Translations under genes and position numbers: made by a program
Part shown: in pieces, positions 1-11,126 of the stretch
Layout of the letters: each line of letters begins with the position of its first letter
Numbering within the stretch: the stretch's first letter is position 1
The notes under the pieces: model-generated
Told to the model about the DNA's origin: nothing
The model's input: the letters and a program-made list of their open reading frames with translations, nothing else
Database searches by the model: none
Source of the DNA: an uncultured Clostridia bacterium
Lineage (GTDB): Bacteria; Bacillota; Clostridia; TANB77; CAG-508
DNA: 64,000 bases
NCBI GenBank assembly: GCA_963558405.1
Contig: CAUWGC010000005.1
Span: forward strand, 24,596-88,595
Direction of reading: 5' to 3'

Positions 1-677
1 CCTCTTATTTCTATCATAGAAGTTAAGTCTCCATCTACCTCATCTGTTGCAGTTGCTCCTTGCTCTTTATATGTTTGACCTTGTTTAATAAAAATTATAT
101 CCGAATTTGTATTTAATTGAATAACCGGTGGAATGTCATCAACTTTTTCAACTATTCTTTCTACAATTGTTTGATTTCCAGACGTATCTATACTGATATA
201 AATGTACTTATCCGTAGTATCATTAACAGAACTTTTTTGTACAGATACTTTATTAGTAATATCTCCGTCATAATTATCTACTGCTGTATATCCTAATTCT
301 TCATAATTTTCTTTGTATGAAATTTTAACAAAATCTCCTCCATTTAGAGTGATTTTAGGTCCGTTAGTATCTACTACTTCATATGTTTTAGTGTATTCTC
401 TTTTTATATACTTATATTTTAATTGATAAACTACTTCATAAGTACCTAATTTAGAAGAATCAACTCCTTTTATAACCTTAATATACTCAGAAATATCTTT
501 TCCATGATAAGTTACCTTAGGTATTTCATATTCCACATTAGAATTTGCTTCTACTTTTATTATATCTTTTGAAAACTCTACAACTGGTTTTTGAAAAATA
601 TACATTCCTAATATTAAAATTATCGCTAAAAATATAATAATAATTGCTATAATTAATACAACTTCTCTTTTTTTCAT
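1..677 (-). CDS. Membrane-anchored protein with Ig-like (DUF5011-type) repeats; 3' end runs off the window
   Basis: Manual translation from ATG at 677: MKKREVVLIIAIIII (TM) ... VVDTNGPKITLNG ... GYTAVDNYDGDIT ... VDDIPPVIQLN ... GATATDEVDGDLT, repeated DUF5011-like motifs. Absent from the ORF track because there is no stop in the window. Confidence 0.75.
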   Translation of the reverse strand, partial: MKKREVVLIIAIIIIFLAIILILGMYIFQKPVVEFSKDIIKVEANSNVEYEIPKVTYHGKDISEYIKVIKGVDSSKLGTYEVVYQLKYKYIKREYTKTYEVVDTNGPKITLNGGDFVKISYKENYEELGYTAVDNYDGDITNKVSVQKSSVNDTTDKYIYISIDTSGNQTIVERIVEKVDDIPPVIQLNTNSDIIFIKQGQTYKEQGATATDEVDGDLTSMIEIR

Positions 678-850
678 ATTTTGACACCTTTTTATTTTAT
701 ATTTAATTTAATTTTATTTTATCACTATTTTTTATTATAGTCATCTCTTAATTTAATTTTTATTTAAAATTTTATATTATGTATAAATTTAGCAAAAAAT
801 AAGAAATAATAATATTTTGAATACTATTATTTCTTGTTGTTTAATATTTT

Positions 851-2039
851 TTATTTTAAAACTTCATCTAACACCTTTGCTAAATATTTCATGCTAATCA
901 TAGTTTCTTCTAGTGTGTTTCCGGTTGCACCGACTTCTATAATACTTGCTGCTTTTCCTAAGTTTTGATTATATCTAGAATTTCTTACCATTATTGGTTT
1001 AAATAGTCCTGGATATAATTCATTTGCCTTTTTAACTACTTTTACAGCAAAGCTTAAATTTTGTATCCAATTAGGATGATATAATCCACCTCCATTTGTT
1101 CCTATTACAAACATTAATTGTGCCGCATATTCATCGCCTATTTTTACTTTTGGTGCATATGTATTATCTCCTACAGCATCTCTATGTAAATCTATTATAA
1201 TATCTACATCAGGATTTGATTTTAGCTCATTTTCTACTGATGTGTAAGAACGGTCATAAGAACCATTGTAAGCAGGATAATCATGATAATTTTGATTGTG
1301 TATTACTTGCCTTCCTTGTTCTTCTAAGTATTTTTTTAATTCCATTCCATTTCTAGCTACTGAATGATTTAAATCTATTGTTCTAAAAGTACCGTGATGA
1401 TTGATATTCATAGCCGGGACTTGGCGTGTAACTTTCACAAGTATGTGTATGAAATAACAATATTTTATTTTTATTAACTTGTATATTCATATCTAGCATG
1501 TCTTCTGTTATAGTATTATCTGATTCATTTTTTATATTAACACCATAACAAGTCATTGTATATTTATTATTTGCTGTATTATTTTCTGTAACAACTTCTG
1601 TTGGTAGTCCTGTTTTAGCTTCTTCAATTTTTTCTTGCTCTTGTTTTTCTTCTTGCTTTTCAGGTATATCTTCCACTTTTGTTTCAACTTCTTCCGTTTC
1701 ATCTTTTTTTATATTTTCCGTCATAGCGAGTCCTACTGTCATAATTTTTAATAATGGAGATTCTTTTTCTTCCATTATAGCCTCATCTTGCATTATTTCC
1801 TTATTTTTGTCTTGTATAATTTTTATGCCTGGGACAACACGTTCAAAGCAAAAAAAATATGGTTCTTTTACGTTATTTTTGGTTTCTTCCTTTACTTTTT
1901 CAATATTAGATGTAATTTCTTCTTTTTCATTATTATTATTTAAAAATCTAGTAAGCCCAAATATAGAAAATACTATTATCATTACACTTACTAGATATTT
2001 TACTAAATCTTTAATATTAACAACCGTAATATTTAACAT
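851..2039 (-). CDS. spoIIP: Stage II sporulation protein P, split over two frames by a +1 shift at CGG (1392-1394)
   Basis: ORF 1383..2039 has the N-terminal TM and HTHTCESY; ORF 851..1438 has IDLHRDA, RYNQNL and IEVGATGNTLEE. Removing one base joins them into 395 aa. Confidence 0.9.
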
Positions 2040-2151
2040 ATTTTCTCCTTTGTCAATTTAAGCTATATAACTATATATATTCAAAAAAATCAAAAATATG
2101 TTAAAATACCTATTATCTTTGTAAAATAAAATAAATCTACATTATGTAGAT

Positions 2152-3474
2152 TTATTTTATTTCTTTAATTGCCTCTTCCAATGTAACTTGTTCTTGTTCT
2201 CCTGTTTTCATATTTTTAATCATTACTTTTTCTTTTTCTATTTCTTCTTCTCCAATTACTATTGTGTATGGCACTTTTATTTTATCTGCATATTTAAATT
2301 TAGCTTTTAATTTTTTATCATTTAAATATACTTCTGTTTTTATTGCTTCTTTACGTAATTTTGTTGCAATTTCAAAACATTTTTCTATTTCATTATTTGA
2401 TGCAGGTAAAACTAATACTTTTGCAATAGATTCTTCCTCTTTTTTAAGAATATCTAATTCATTTAATTTATAGAATAATCTTGTAAGACCAATAGAAATT
2501 CCAACTCCTGGTAGTTTTTGGTTTGTATAAAACTCTGCTAAATTTTCATATCTTCCCCCAGAACAAATACTACCAATTTGTCTGTATTCTTTTAAAAATG
2601 TTTCATATACTGTACCTGTATAATAATCTAATCCTCTTGCTATTGTTAAATCAATTTTAAAATTATTTTCTGGTATTCCAAATATACGAATATATTTTAC
2701 AACTTCTTTTAATTCATTAAGACCTTCTTTAAAAGTATTAGATTCAATTTTCATGTTTTCTAATTTATTACATATTTCATCTGTACTACCTTTTATTTCC
2801 ATAAATTCTAAAATAGTATTAATTGAACTATTATCAATTTTTAGGTCTTCAAATTCTTCAATAATCGCTTCTTTTCCTATTTTTTCAATTTTATCTATAA
2901 TTCTCATAATATCAGTGGAAATATTATTAAGTGATAAACTTTCAAATAATCCATTTAATAGTTTTCTATTATTAATACAAATAACAAAATCACCTAGTCC
3001 TAATTTTTTAAATACTTCATATATTATGCTAGGTATTTCTGCATCATGAGCTAAACTTAATTCTCCATCACCTATAATATCAATATCACATTGATAAAAT
3101 TCACGAAATCTACCTGCTTGAGCTCTTTCTCCACGATATACTTTTCCTATTTGATAACGTCTAAAAGGAAAACTTAATTCGTTTTGATGCATTGCTACGT
3201 ATTTAGCAAGTGGTACAGTTAAATCAAAACGCAAAGATAAATCTGTATCTCCCTTTGTAAAACGGTATATTTGCTTTTCTGTTTCTCCTCCTGCTTTTGC
3301 AAGTAGAACTTCTGAAAGTTCCATTACTGGTGTATCTAATGGTAAAAATCCAAATTTTTCATATGTAGATCTAATTGTATCTATCATTTGATTAAATAAA
3401 ATTTGTTTATCTGGTAATAATTCCATAAATCCAGATAAAGTTCTTGGTTTTGTAATTTGTCTTTTTTCTTCCAT
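2152..3474 (-). CDS. hisS: Histidine--tRNA ligase
   Basis: LRFDLTVPLA, GRFREFYQCDIDI, ARGLDYYTG, SGGRY motifs. Confidence 0.97.
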   Translation of the reverse strand: MEEKRQITKPRTLSGFMELLPDKQILFNQMIDTIRSTYEKFGFLPLDTPVMELSEVLLAKAGGETEKQIYRFTKGDTDLSLRFDLTVPLAKYVAMHQNELSFPFRRYQIGKVYRGERAQAGRFREFYQCDIDIIGDGELSLAHDAEIPSIIYEVFKKLGLGDFVICINNRKLLNGLFESLSLNNISTDIMRIIDKIEKIGKEAIIEEFEDLKIDNSSINTILEFMEIKGSTDEICNKLENMKIESNTFKEGLNELKEVVKYIRIFGIPENNFKIDLTIARGLDYYTGTVYETFLKEYRQIGSICSGGRYENLAEFYTNQKLPGVGISIGLTRLFYKLNELDILKKEEESIAKVLVLPASNNEIEKCFEIATKLRKEAIKTEVYLNDKKLKAKFKYADKIKVPYTIVIGEEEIEKEKVMIKNMKTGEQEQVTLEEAIKEIK

Positions 3475-3487
3475 ATTATATTCTCCT

Positions 3488-4135
3488 TTATATTTTTCTT
3501 GGTCCTAATTCTAAGTAAATAGGTTCTTCTTCTCTTACCATAGTTGATTTTCCATGTCCTGGATAAATTATGACATCATCTGGAAGTATCATTAATTTGT
3601 ATGCAATAGAATGAATGATGTCTTCAAAACTTCCTGTAGGTAAATCTGTTCTTCCCCAAGTTCCATTAAAAATGGTATCACCCGAAAACAGTAATTTTTC
3701 TTCTTTACAATAAAGGCATGTGCTTCCTTTTGTATGACCTGGAGTATGAATAACTTTAAACTCTATATTTCCTATATGGATTAAATCTTCATCATCTACT
3801 CTAGAGTCAGCTTCTAGCTCTATATTTTCCATTCCTATATAATCTGTTAAAGTAATATTTTTGTCACTTAATCCTTCTGCATCAATACGATGAATTAAAA
3901 CTTTTCCACCCATTTTATTTTTTAAATCTTTTACTCCACCTATATGGTCTCCGTGACAATGTGTTAAATAAATATATTTAAGTCTTGCATCTAAAATTTC
4001 TAACATCTCTATTATTTTATCAGCTTCACCTGCTGGATCAATTACTATTGTTTCTTTTGTATTTTCTTCTTGAATAATATAACAATTAGTTGATTCTCCT
4101 AAATTTGTATTTATCTTTAGAACTTTTAATATCAT
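3488..4135 (-). CDS. MBL-fold metallo-hydrolase (glyoxalase II-like)
   Basis: THCHGDHIGG, HTPGHT, FSGDT, PGHG. Confidence 0.92.
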   Translation of the reverse strand: MILKVLKINTNLGESTNCYIIQEENTKETIVIDPAGEADKIIEMLEILDARLKYIYLTHCHGDHIGGVKDLKNKMGGKVLIHRIDAEGLSDKNITLTDYIGMENIELEADSRVDDEDLIHIGNIEFKVIHTPGHTKGSTCLYCKEEKLLFSGDTIFNGTWGRTDLPTGSFEDIIHSIAYKLMILPDDVIIYPGHGKSTMVREEEPIYLELGPRKI

Positions 4136-4148
4136 TTTAAACCTCTTC

Positions 4149-6341
4149 TTATTTCTTTCTTGTTACTTCGTAAACACTATCTACTTTTCTAAGTGCTTTT
4201 AGTAAATTATTTAATTTATCTACATTTTCTACTTCAACAGTTAACTCTGTTGTAGCAATTCTTTCTTTATTTGCTTTTGAAGTTACTGCCATTAATTTTA
4301 TTTTAGTATTGTTTACTGTTTGAATTATATCAGATAGCAATCCACCTCTATCATTAGCTAATACAACGATATCTACACTATATGCTACTTCTTTTTGTGT
4401 ATACCAGTATACATCAATAATTCTATCTTCTTCTTTTAGTAATTCTTTTATATTAACACAATCTGTACGATGAACAGATACTCCTCTTCCTTTTGTAATA
4501 TATCCTATAATCTCATCTCCTGGAACAGGGTTACAACATTTTGATAGTTTTACTAAACAATTGTCAATACCTTTAACAACAACACCTGCATTAGATGGTT
4601 TATTAATGTGTACTTTTTCTTTAGATAATTCCTCTATTTTTTGTTCAATATCTGTTTCTTTGTTTTCTTTTCTATATTCTTCTAACATTCTAGTAATAAC
4701 TTTTACAGGTGAAATACCACCAAATCCCACGCTTGCATACATATCATCAATAGTTGCAAATTTATATCTATCTAAAGCTACTTGCAAATATTCTTGCTTA
4801 AATAATTCCTCATATGAAATACCTAGTTTTTTAATTTCTTTTTCAATAATTTCTTTTCCTTTTTCGATGTTTTCTTCACGTTGCTCTTTTTTAAACCATT
4901 GATTTATTCTTGTTTTAGCTGTACTACTTTTTACAAATTTAAGCCAGTCTCTACTAGGTCCTTTAGAATTGTCAGATGTTAATATTTCTACAATATTACC
5001 ATTTCTTAAAGGTGTAATAATAGGCATCATTTTACTATTAATTTTGCACCCTACCATATGATTACCAATATCTGCATGAATCCTATATGCAAAATCTATT
5101 GGAGTTGCTCCTCTTGGAAGCACTATAATAGTTCCTTTTGGAGTAAACACATATACTTCATCTTCAAATAATTCAGTTTTTAATGTATTTAAAAACTCTT
5201 GAGGATTTTGCATATCTTTTTGCCACTCTAATGTTTCTCTAAGCCATGCCAATTTATCTTCTTCTACTTTTACATTTGACTTTTTATCCTTGCAGGCCTC
5301 TTTGTAAGCCCAGTGTGCAGCAATACCATATTCTGCAATACGATGCATATCCCATGTACGAATTTGTACTTCAAAAGGTGTTCCTTTTGGTCCTAGCAAT
5401 GTAGTATGTATAGATTGATACATATTTGGTTTTGGTACTGCAATATAGTCCTTAAATCTTCCTGGCATTGGATTATATAATTCATGAACAATTCCTAAAG
5501 CAGCATAACAGTCTTTTACCGAATTTACAAGTATACGAAGAGCAAACAAATCATAAATTTGGTCTAATGTTTTATTATCCCTTTTCATTTTTCTGTATAT
5601 ACTATATAAATGCTTTGCTCTTCCTGTTACTTCAGCTTCTATACCTTGTTTTTTTAATTCATCACGTATTTCATCCATTATCATTTCTATAAAGCTTAAT
5701 CGTTCTTCTCTCTTTTTATCAATTCCTTCTACTATTTCGTAATATTCTTCTGGATATAAATATCTAAATGATAAATCTTCTAATTCCCACTTTAGTGTAT
5801 ACATACCTAAGCGGTTTGCAAGAGGAGCATATAAATCTAATGTTTCTTTTGCATTTGCTATTTGTCTATCACGTGAAAGAAATTTTAAAGTTCTCATGTT
5901 GTGAAGTCTGTCAGCTAATTTAATAAGTATAACACGTATGTCTTTACCCATTGCTAAAAACATTTTTCTATAATCTTCTACTTGTTGTTCCTCACGTGAA
6001 GTATATTGTAATTTACCAAGTTTAGTAACTCCATCTACTAATTCGGCAATTTCTTCTCCAAATTCTTTTTTTAAATCTTCCATTGTTACACTTGTATCTT
6101 CTACTACATCATGTAGAAGTGCTGCACAAATTGTACTATCATCTAATTCTATATCTGCTAAAATATATGCAACTTGAAGCGGATGGATTATGTATGGCTC
6201 ACCTGATTTTCTACATTGATCACCATGATGACCTTTGGCAAATTGATAAGCATGCATAATAAGATCTGAATTAGAATTTTTATTAAATTTTTTCATACGA
6301 TTAATAACATCTTCAATTACAACTTCTTTAACTTCTGACAT
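4149..6341 (-). CDS. relA: Bifunctional (p)ppGpp synthetase/hydrolase
   Basis: LLHDVVEDT, ADRLHNMRT, FKDYIAVPKPNMYQSIHT, TGS and ACT domains. Confidence 0.97.
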   Translation of the reverse strand: MSEVKEVVIEDVINRMKKFNKNSNSDLIMHAYQFAKGHHGDQCRKSGEPYIIHPLQVAYILADIELDDSTICAALLHDVVEDTSVTMEDLKKEFGEEIAELVDGVTKLGKLQYTSREEQQVEDYRKMFLAMGKDIRVILIKLADRLHNMRTLKFLSRDRQIANAKETLDLYAPLANRLGMYTLKWELEDLSFRYLYPEEYYEIVEGIDKKREERLSFIEMIMDEIRDELKKQGIEAEVTGRAKHLYSIYRKMKRDNKTLDQIYDLFALRILVNSVKDCYAALGIVHELYNPMPGRFKDYIAVPKPNMYQSIHTTLLGPKGTPFEVQIRTWDMHRIAEYGIAAHWAYKEACKDKKSNVKVEEDKLAWLRETLEWQKDMQNPQEFLNTLKTELFEDEVYVFTPKGTIIVLPRGATPIDFAYRIHADIGNHMVGCKINSKMMPIITPLRNGNIVEILTSDNSKGPSRDWLKFVKSSTAKTRINQWFKKEQREENIEKGKEIIEKEIKKLGISYEELFKQEYLQVALDRYKFATIDDMYASVGFGGISPVKVITRMLEEYRKENKETDIEQKIEELSKEKVHINKPSNAGVVVKGIDNCLVKLSKCCNPVPGDEIIGYITKGRGVSVHRTDCVNIKELLKEEDRIIDVYWYTQKEVAYSVDIVVLANDRGGLLSDIIQTVNNTKIKLMAVTSKANKERIATTELTVEVENVDKLNNLLKALRKVDSVYEVTRKK

Positions 6342-6363
6342 ACTTTCACACTCCTTTACGTTT

Positions 6364-8058
6364 TTAGTATGTTTTTCTTATATCTTTAATATTTATTTGA
6401 ATACTATCCATTCCATTAAATGAATTTATTTCTAAAGTTCCTGCAATATCTATTTTGTCGCCAATTAAATATTCTTCTGCTAAATATCCTAAATTAAATC
6501 CAATTGCATTTACAATTAAATGTTCATCTTTAAGTGTTAATTTTAAATGTTTTCCTTCAGATAAAGAGCGAATGGAATTAATTTTTAAATTTTTAAATAT
6601 AAAAACTGGCATTTTATTTGCTTCGCCAAAAGGTTCAAGTAAACTTAATTCTTTTACTATATCTATAGATATATCTTTTAAATCAATTTGTTCATCAATA
6701 TATATAATAGGTACTAGTTCCTCTAGTTTACTATTTCTTACTACTTCTTCAAATTCTTTTTTGAAATTCAAAAAATTTTCTTTTTTTAAAGTAACTCCAA
6801 CAGCCATTTCATGTCCGCCATATTTTTCTAGGAAATTACTACATTTTCCTAATGCCTCATGTAAATCAAAACCAGGTATACTTCTGCCTGAACCCTTGCC
6901 TATGTCATCTTCAAAACATATCAAAATACTTGGTTTAAAATATAAATCTGTGATTTTAGAAGATACTATTCCAATTACTCCATGATGCCACTTTTCGTCT
7001 CCTAATATAATACAAGGTTGATTTTTTTCATTTTCTACCTTTGAAACAGCCTCTTCAAAAATTTGCTTTTCAATAGTTTGTCTTTCCTTATTATAGTTAT
7101 TTAATTTTTCTGTTATTTCTTTTGCCTCTTGTTTATCATTTGTTAAAAAAAGTTTTAATGCTTCTTGTTCATATCCCATTCTTCCACAAGCATTTATTCT
7201 TGGAGCAATTCCAAAAGAAATCATTGTAGAATCTATTTTGTTATATCCAGAAGCGGTTATTAATTCTTTTAATCCTATATTTTTTGTAACTTCTACTAAT
7301 TTAAGACCTAACTTTGTAATAACTCTATTTTCATCAACTAATGGTACGATATCTGAAATTGTTCCTACACATACAATATCCAAATATTTTAAATATTCTT
7401 TTTCATCTATTCCTAATTTTATTCCTATTGCTTGTATTGTTTTAAATACAACACCTACACCAGCTAGTCCTCTAAAAGGATACTTGCTTGTTTGTATTTT
7501 AGGGTCTACAACTGCAATTGCATTAGGTAATATTTCTAAAGGTTCATGATGGTCTGTAATTACTGTTTCTATTCCTAAGCTATTTGCATATTCTACTTCT
7601 TCTGTACCAGAAATACCACAATCAACTGTTATCATTAAATTAAAACCTTGTTTTGCTATAGACAAAATGGCCTCTTTATTTAATCCATATCCTTCATCTA
7701 ATCTATTTGGTATATATGAAGAAACAATAGCTCCTCTCTCTTCTAAAAATTTTTTAAGAACAGTAATACTTGTAATTCCATCTACATCATAATCGCCATA
7801 AATAATTATTTTTTCTTTTTTATCAATAGCTTTTAAAATACGTTCAACAGCCTTATCCATATCTGGCATTAAAAAAGGGTCATGAAAATCACTTCTTGTA
7901 GGATTTAAAAATACTCGTATATTATCTTCTGTTTCTAGACCTCTATTTATTAAGATTTTAGAAAGTAATTTGCTAATTTTAAAATTATTAGATATTTTTT
8001 CTTGTAATTCTTTTTTATCTATTTTATTTTTACTACTTATTTCCCACTTTTTTATCAT
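6364..8058 (-). CDS. recJ: Single-stranded-DNA exonuclease RecJ
   Basis: YGDYDVDG, TDHH, PRINACGR, GGHEMAVG. Confidence 0.96.
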   Translation of the reverse strand: MIKKWEISSKNKIDKKELQEKISNNFKISKLLSKILINRGLETEDNIRVFLNPTRSDFHDPFLMPDMDKAVERILKAIDKKEKIIIYGDYDVDGITSITVLKKFLEERGAIVSSYIPNRLDEGYGLNKEAILSIAKQGFNLMITVDCGISGTEEVEYANSLGIETVITDHHEPLEILPNAIAVVDPKIQTSKYPFRGLAGVGVVFKTIQAIGIKLGIDEKEYLKYLDIVCVGTISDIVPLVDENRVITKLGLKLVEVTKNIGLKELITASGYNKIDSTMISFGIAPRINACGRMGYEQEALKLFLTNDKQEAKEITEKLNNYNKERQTIEKQIFEEAVSKVENEKNQPCIILGDEKWHHGVIGIVSSKITDLYFKPSILICFEDDIGKGSGRSIPGFDLHEALGKCSNFLEKYGGHEMAVGVTLKKENFLNFKKEFEEVVRNSKLEELVPIIYIDEQIDLKDISIDIVKELSLLEPFGEANKMPVFIFKNLKINSIRSLSEGKHLKLTLKDEHLIVNAIGFNLGYLAEEYLIGDKIDIAGTLEINSFNGMDSIQINIKDIRKTY

Positions 8059-8212
8059 GCTTTTCTCCTAATATTCAATTTACCTATTATTATATAACAA
8101 ATCGTCAAAATTTGAAATAGAAAATATGAAAGTTTTATCAAATATTGTATTTTATGTAAATTTATATAAAAAAATCAACTCAGACTGAGTTGACTTATTA
8201 GATTGTCTCATT

Positions 8213-8911
8213 TTATATTAATGTTCTTATAAAACAAATTCCTGCTAAAATAATTACCTTAATCATACAATTATTAAATAGTTTATAAATTGTATATGGA
8301 ATTCCTATTTTGTTTATTTGTTCATATGCTTCTTCTAATTTATTTATATTTTCTTCTGAAGTTATTTTATTTTCTTTTAGATATTCTTTTGCAAGGTATT
8401 TTGCTTTTGTCATTGCGTCCATTTCTAAGTAACTTCTTACAAAATAATAGATAAATGATAGCAATGTAAAACATAAAATAGCAAATATTCCATTTTTTAT
8501 TATTCCTGTTGCAAGAAGAATTGCTAAAACTAAAAAACTTAGCAAATATACATTTGAATAAATAAAGTTAAACATTAGTATTTTTTTATCTTGTACAGAA
8601 TGTAAACACTCATGCGCTATAGTTTGTATTCTTGCAAAAGTATTTTTTGAATTAGCAATTATGATTTTGTTTGTAATTGCAATATACAAACTAGATTGAG
8701 CCTGTTTATCCTCTTCTACTTTTACTCCTTGATTATTTAACTTTTTTAGTATTGTATTTGCAATTTCTTTATTTTCTGGAAATTGTTCTGTTAGTTTATT
8801 TAATTCATCCTTTTCTGCTAATGCCTTTATATCTTTTACTTTTGTATATGATAGTATTCCTAATATACACATAATAGCAATGCAAAATAAAATAATAGCT
8901 AAATACTCCAT
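8213..8911 (-). CDS. Putative membrane zinc metallopeptidase
   Basis: IAHECLHS (HExxH) plus TM helices. Confidence 0.65.
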   Translation of the reverse strand: MEYLAIILFCIAIMCILGILSYTKVKDIKALAEKDELNKLTEQFPENKEIANTILKKLNNQGVKVEEDKQAQSSLYIAITNKIIIANSKNTFARIQTIAHECLHSVQDKKILMFNFIYSNVYLLSFLVLAILLATGIIKNGIFAILCFTLLSFIYYFVRSYLEMDAMTKAKYLAKEYLKENKITSEENINKLEEAYEQINKIGIPYTIYKLFNNCMIKVIILAGICFIRTLI

Positions 8912-8923
8912 TTTCTCTCCTTT

Positions 8924-9259
8924 TTATTGTAAAACATCTTTTACTGCTTCTCCAATTATCTTATTAACATCAGCAAGTAATACATTAAATCTTACTTCTA
9001 AATCAAAGTATTCTTTCATTTCTGGATTTTCTAGTAACATTTTATATAACTCTTGCAATTTTTGTATTTTTTCTGAATCTTGTTCTCCTTTTTGAATTGC
9101 AAGTACTTGTGCTTCATAACGAATTTTTTCAAATTCTTCTATTTTTTGTTTTTTTTCTGGATCTTTATTTATGTTTTCTTTTACTTTTTTAAATTCTAAA
9201 TATTCTGGTGCTTTCTTTAATTCTTCTGCCAATTTATTTGCAGTATCATATACATTCAT
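8924..9259 (-). CDS. YlbF/YmcA family regulator
   Basis: MNVYDTANKLAEELK..., 111 aa helical protein typical of the family. Confidence 0.85.
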   Translation of the reverse strand: MNVYDTANKLAEELKKAPEYLEFKKVKENINKDPEKKQKIEEFEKIRYEAQVLAIQKGEQDSEKIQKLQELYKMLLENPEMKEYFDLEVRFNVLLADVNKIIGEAVKDVLQ

Positions 9260-9328
9260 TGTTTTTTCTCCTTTATATTAATTTTATTTTAAAAGAGGAT
9301 TACTCCTTTCAAAGTAATCCCCTTTTAC

Positions 9329-10621
9329 TTATGCATAAGCATGACGTTTTTTGAAAGATAGTAGTTTTGTAATTTCGTTCTCATTGTTCTTTGCTTCTTT
9401 TGTTTTCTTAGCTTTTTCTTGTTCAATTTGTCTTGCTTGTCTTTCTGCCATTGTTTGACAGATTGCTTTTTGATAAATAAAATGTGTATCTTGAGCTATT
9501 TTATTCCAATTAAATTCTTCTCTTACTTTTGCTTTTGCTTTTTTTGAAACATTATCACATAATTTTTGGTCATAAAGAAGTGCTAATATTGAATCTGCAA
9601 TAGAATTTGGATTTCCTGCATAGCATTTCATTCCATTTACTCCATGAGTAATAATTTCGTTTAATCCACCAGCATCTGATACTACTGTTGGTGTGCCAGA
9701 AAGCATTCCTTCTAATGCAACAATTCCAAATGGTTCATATGTACTTGGAAATACCGCAACATCACTTGCTTTATACATTTTAGGTACTTGTTTTGAATTT
9801 AAATAACCTGTAAAATATACTTTATTTCCTAATCCCATAGAATCAGCTTGTGCTCTTAATTCGTCTAACATTCCACCTTTACCTGCAATAACAAGTTTAG
9901 CATCATGATATCCATTTAATATTTTTGGCATTGCAGAAATTAAATGTTGAACACCTTTTTCGTAAACTAGTCTTCCCATAAATAATATTATCTTTTCATT
10001 ATCCATAGCATATTGTCTACGAAAATCATAATCTCTTTCTATACCGTTAAAAGTAGTTAAATTTACTCCATTAGGTACTACACTTATTTTTTCAAAAGGA
10101 AGACCAAAAAGACGTTGAATATCACCCTTCATAAAATTGCTATTTACAATTACTTCTGTTGCTTCATAAGTAAGCATCCATTCTGTATCGTTTATATATC
10201 TTTGAGTTTCATCATGTATGCCAGAATTTCTACCAGCTTCTGTTGCATGAATTGTAGCCACTATAGGAATATCAAATGCATTTTTTAAAGTTTTTGCTGC
10301 ATATGCTACTAACCAATCATGTGCATGAATTACATCAAAATTTCCTTCCCTATTCATTATCTCTGTAGCTTTTGCTACTAAATTAAAGTTAAGTTGCATA
10401 ATCCAATCTATAAAGTTATTTGGATTAATCATATAATTATTTACACGATAAACCTTAACTCCTTTGTCGTTTTCGTACTCTGGTAAATCCCCTTCTTTAT
10501 ATGTTACAACTGTTACATCATGGCCATCTTTTATTAATCTTTTAGATAAGTCATGCACAACTCTTGCAATTCCTCCTACAATTCTTGGTGGATATTCCCA
10601 TGTTAGCATTAAAATTTTCAT
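9329..10621 (-). CDS. Glycosyltransferase family 4
   Basis: MLTWEYPPRIVGG, HAHDW, PSTYEPFGIVALE. Confidence 0.93.
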   Translation of the reverse strand: MKILMLTWEYPPRIVGGIARVVHDLSKRLIKDGHDVTVVTYKEGDLPEYENDKGVKVYRVNNYMINPNNFIDWIMQLNFNLVAKATEIMNREGNFDVIHAHDWLVAYAAKTLKNAFDIPIVATIHATEAGRNSGIHDETQRYINDTEWMLTYEATEVIVNSNFMKGDIQRLFGLPFEKISVVPNGVNLTTFNGIERDYDFRRQYAMDNEKIILFMGRLVYEKGVQHLISAMPKILNGYHDAKLVIAGKGGMLDELRAQADSMGLGNKVYFTGYLNSKQVPKMYKASDVAVFPSTYEPFGIVALEGMLSGTPTVVSDAGGLNEIITHGVNGMKCYAGNPNSIADSILALLYDQKLCDNVSKKAKAKVREEFNWNKIAQDTHFIYQKAICQTMAERQARQIEQEKAKKTKEAKNNENEITKLLSFKKRHAYA

Positions 10622-10825
10622 CGACTATTTACCCCTTTCTGGCATTTTCCTTTGTTTTTCTACATATTTTTTCTAGGTATATTGTATCGAATAATGTTAA
10701 AAAAGTAAATACGTTTTCGAAAAATATTATATTACTTTTATGTTACAAATTTCGATACTAATCATTACGGTTTTTACAACTACAAATATAGTTTTATTAA
10801 CAATTAAATTTCATGCATTTTATTA

Positions 10826-10990
10826 TTATATATTAATAATCTTTTTGATAATTTCCATATCTTCAATTTTATTAACTCCAAAGCACTTTTTGCCTAAATC
10901 TTTTATAGATGCTCCCAAGTGGTACATTTCTTTATTATCTATTACTATAAATCTATCATGAAATTTATTTGTTTTAGCGACTTTTAATAT
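10826..10990 (-). pseudogene. C-terminal remnant of an ORF6N-type DNA-binding protein
   Basis: Manual translation ...ILKVAKTNKFHDRFIVIDNKEMYHLGASIKDLGKKCFGVNKIEDMEIIKKIINI*; no start or N-terminal part; lies just 3' of tRNA-Thr. Confidence 0.7.
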
Positions 10991-11126
10991 ATTTTTTAAG
11001 GTGAAAATTTTGCACTTTAAAGAGATATATTCCTAATTAGTTAGTTGAAAACAATAGTACTCTTGAAATCTTTCTATATTAGCAAAACAGCCTATAAACC
11101 ATCACGGCTTATAAGCTGTTAGAATT

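Noticed and set aside
10740-10961. Plus-strand 73-aa ORF
   Set aside because: Antisense to the recognisable minus-strand gene remnant; no RBS.
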